Both the position numbers and the translations under genes were made by a program. This document shows positions 63,160-64,000 of a stretch of DNA of 64,000 nucleotides, piece by piece. This stretch comes from Synechococcus sp. (GTDB lineage Bacteria; Cyanobacteriota; Cyanobacteriia; PCC-6307; Cyanobiaceae), in contig JBJBCN010000003.1 of assembly GCA_047285805.1 (NCBI GenBank), forward strand, positions 576,001 to 640,000, read 5' to 3'. Each line of letters begins with the position of its first letter. Positions within the stretch are counted from its first letter, which is position 1. Under the pieces are notes generated by a model. The model did no database searches. It saw only the letters and a program-made list of their open reading frames with translations, and was not told where the DNA came from.

Positions 63160-63411
63160 ATGCAGCTCAATGTTGAAAAGGGTCTGATCGGGGCAGCTGT
63201 CCTTGGGGCTCTTCTTCTTATGGTGCCAATAGCCAAGCAATCTAAAGAGTTCGTGAACTGCGTCAAGAACGCAGAGACTGGGATCATCAACCTGGCGGGC
63301 GTTGAGTTCACTGACGTGGATGGCAAAGGCGGCTTCATCGAGCGACCCGTGGCCGTTCACTACTGCAACGGTGGTGATTTAACCAAGTACCTGAAGCTGT
63401 TGGGTCACTGA
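63160..63411 (+). CDS. Small membrane-anchored/exported hypothetical protein
   Basis: N-terminal hydrophobic stretch; two Cys (NCV, AVHYCNGG). Confidence 0.7.
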   Translation: MQLNVEKGLIGAAVLGALLLMVPIAKQSKEFVNCVKNAETGIINLAGVEFTDVDGKGGFIERPVAVHYCNGGDLTKYLKLLGH

Positions 63412-63572
63412 TGGAATGGATCGTCCGGCCCATTCGCGCCGTCTTTTTCGCTGACGAGCAAGCCTTTCTTTGGATCAAAAAGAAGCTTGGCTTCACAGAT
63501 TACCAAATGGCAGCTCTCGTCTGGGTGAAAGGCCTCATAATTGGCTTGCTTATCGGCTACTTCCTTTTCTGA
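63411..63572 (+). CDS. 53-aa single-TM hypothetical protein
   Basis: TGATG coupling to the upstream ORF; MEWIVRPIRAVFFADEQAFLWIKKKLGFTDYQMAALVWVKGLIIGLLIGYFLF*. Confidence 0.7.
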   Translation: MEWIVRPIRAVFFADEQAFLWIKKKLGFTDYQMAALVWVKGLIIGLLIGYFLF

Positions 63573-63577
63573 TCACG

Positions 63578-63823
63578 ATGAAGGTCTTGCTTGCGGCTGC
63601 ACTATTGCTGGCATCGGCCTCACCTGCACTTGGCCAGAAGGAGATCCCCAAGGCTGAAGGCCATGACCAGTGCCCACTGGGCTATGTCAACACGCTTGGA
63701 ACAACCTGCGTCTCACCCATCTATTACGAGGTGGCTCCAACCCACGGCAAGGCATGCCTTGAGGGCTGGATGAATATTGGCGCTGGCTACTGCAAGAAGA
63801 AGGGGCCTCTCGGAATCCTCTGA
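63578..63823 (+). CDS. Small secreted protein with 4 Cys (81 aa)
   Basis: Signal peptide MKVLLAAALLLASASPALG; two units CPLGY..C and CLEGW..C. Confidence 0.75.
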   Translation: MKVLLAAALLLASASPALGQKEIPKAEGHDQCPLGYVNTLGTTCVSPIYYEVAPTHGKACLEGWMNIGAGYCKKKGPLGIL

Positions 63824-63892
63824 TCAACGACTATGTGAGGCACTACAGCTCCTGATTACCTCAAGGGTGGTCTTTTTGTAGGTGTTGTTGTC

Positions 63893-64000
63893 TTAGAGGG
63901 TGTAGCCCTTGCTTTCAATACAACGGTTGTAGGCCTTGTCCCCGTACGTCTCTTCGGCCTTGGCTTGAGCAGGCAGCATCGCCAAAGCGTTGGCAGCAGC
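63893..64000 (-). CDS. 3' part of a small exported protein (partial, possibly truncated)
   Basis: ...ALAMLPAQAKAEETYGDKAYNRCIESKGYTL*; the frame stays open past the TAA to 63824. Confidence 0.4.
   Translation of the reverse strand, partial: AAANALAMLPAQAKAEETYGDKAYNRCIESKGYTL

Larger units (their letters stand above)
62108..64000. other. Start of a tRNA-anchored variable region/island
   Basis: Visibly more AT-rich than the upstream core; only short or decayed ORFs; no integrase inside the window. Confidence 0.65.

Overview
GC-rich picocyanobacterial chromosome segment (Synechococcus/Cyanobium type, inferred from psbQ, narB/nirA, nrtP, urtABCDE and two group-2 sigma factors). The left ~17.6 kb holds housekeeping genes: the dnaK 3' end, pstS, psbQ, purU, a radical SAM gene, a ClC channel, acnB, DAHP synthase, a sigma factor, ppk1 and an MFS transporter. 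The centre (~17.7-47.3 kb) is a nitrogen-assimilation super-cluster: molybdenum-cofactor genes, nrtP-narB-narM, a cnaT-like gene, cynS, nirA-focA, sirohaem genes, urease and urtABCDE, with several NtcA boxes. The right side has pab/que genes, pyrG, a decayed dps, a second sigma factor, aspS, gcvT, speE/speB, mazG, and tRNA-Val(TAC) followed by the start of a more AT-rich island of small ORFs. No CRISPR array, transposase or integrase was seen. Most notable observations: (1) a perfect CIRCE (HrcA) operator in front of a small non-chaperone gene; (2) a 49-aa internally repeated ORF between nirA and focA that is below the ORF-track cutoff; (3) two divergent PCxCxxCT mini-ORFs flanking a predicted nested/pseudoknotted RNA-like element next to tRNA-Val; (4) several pseudogenes, including dps with a 7x7-bp repeat expansion. 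Gene names come from recognised motifs and gene context, not from database searches. Start codons marked as chosen are my best estimates.
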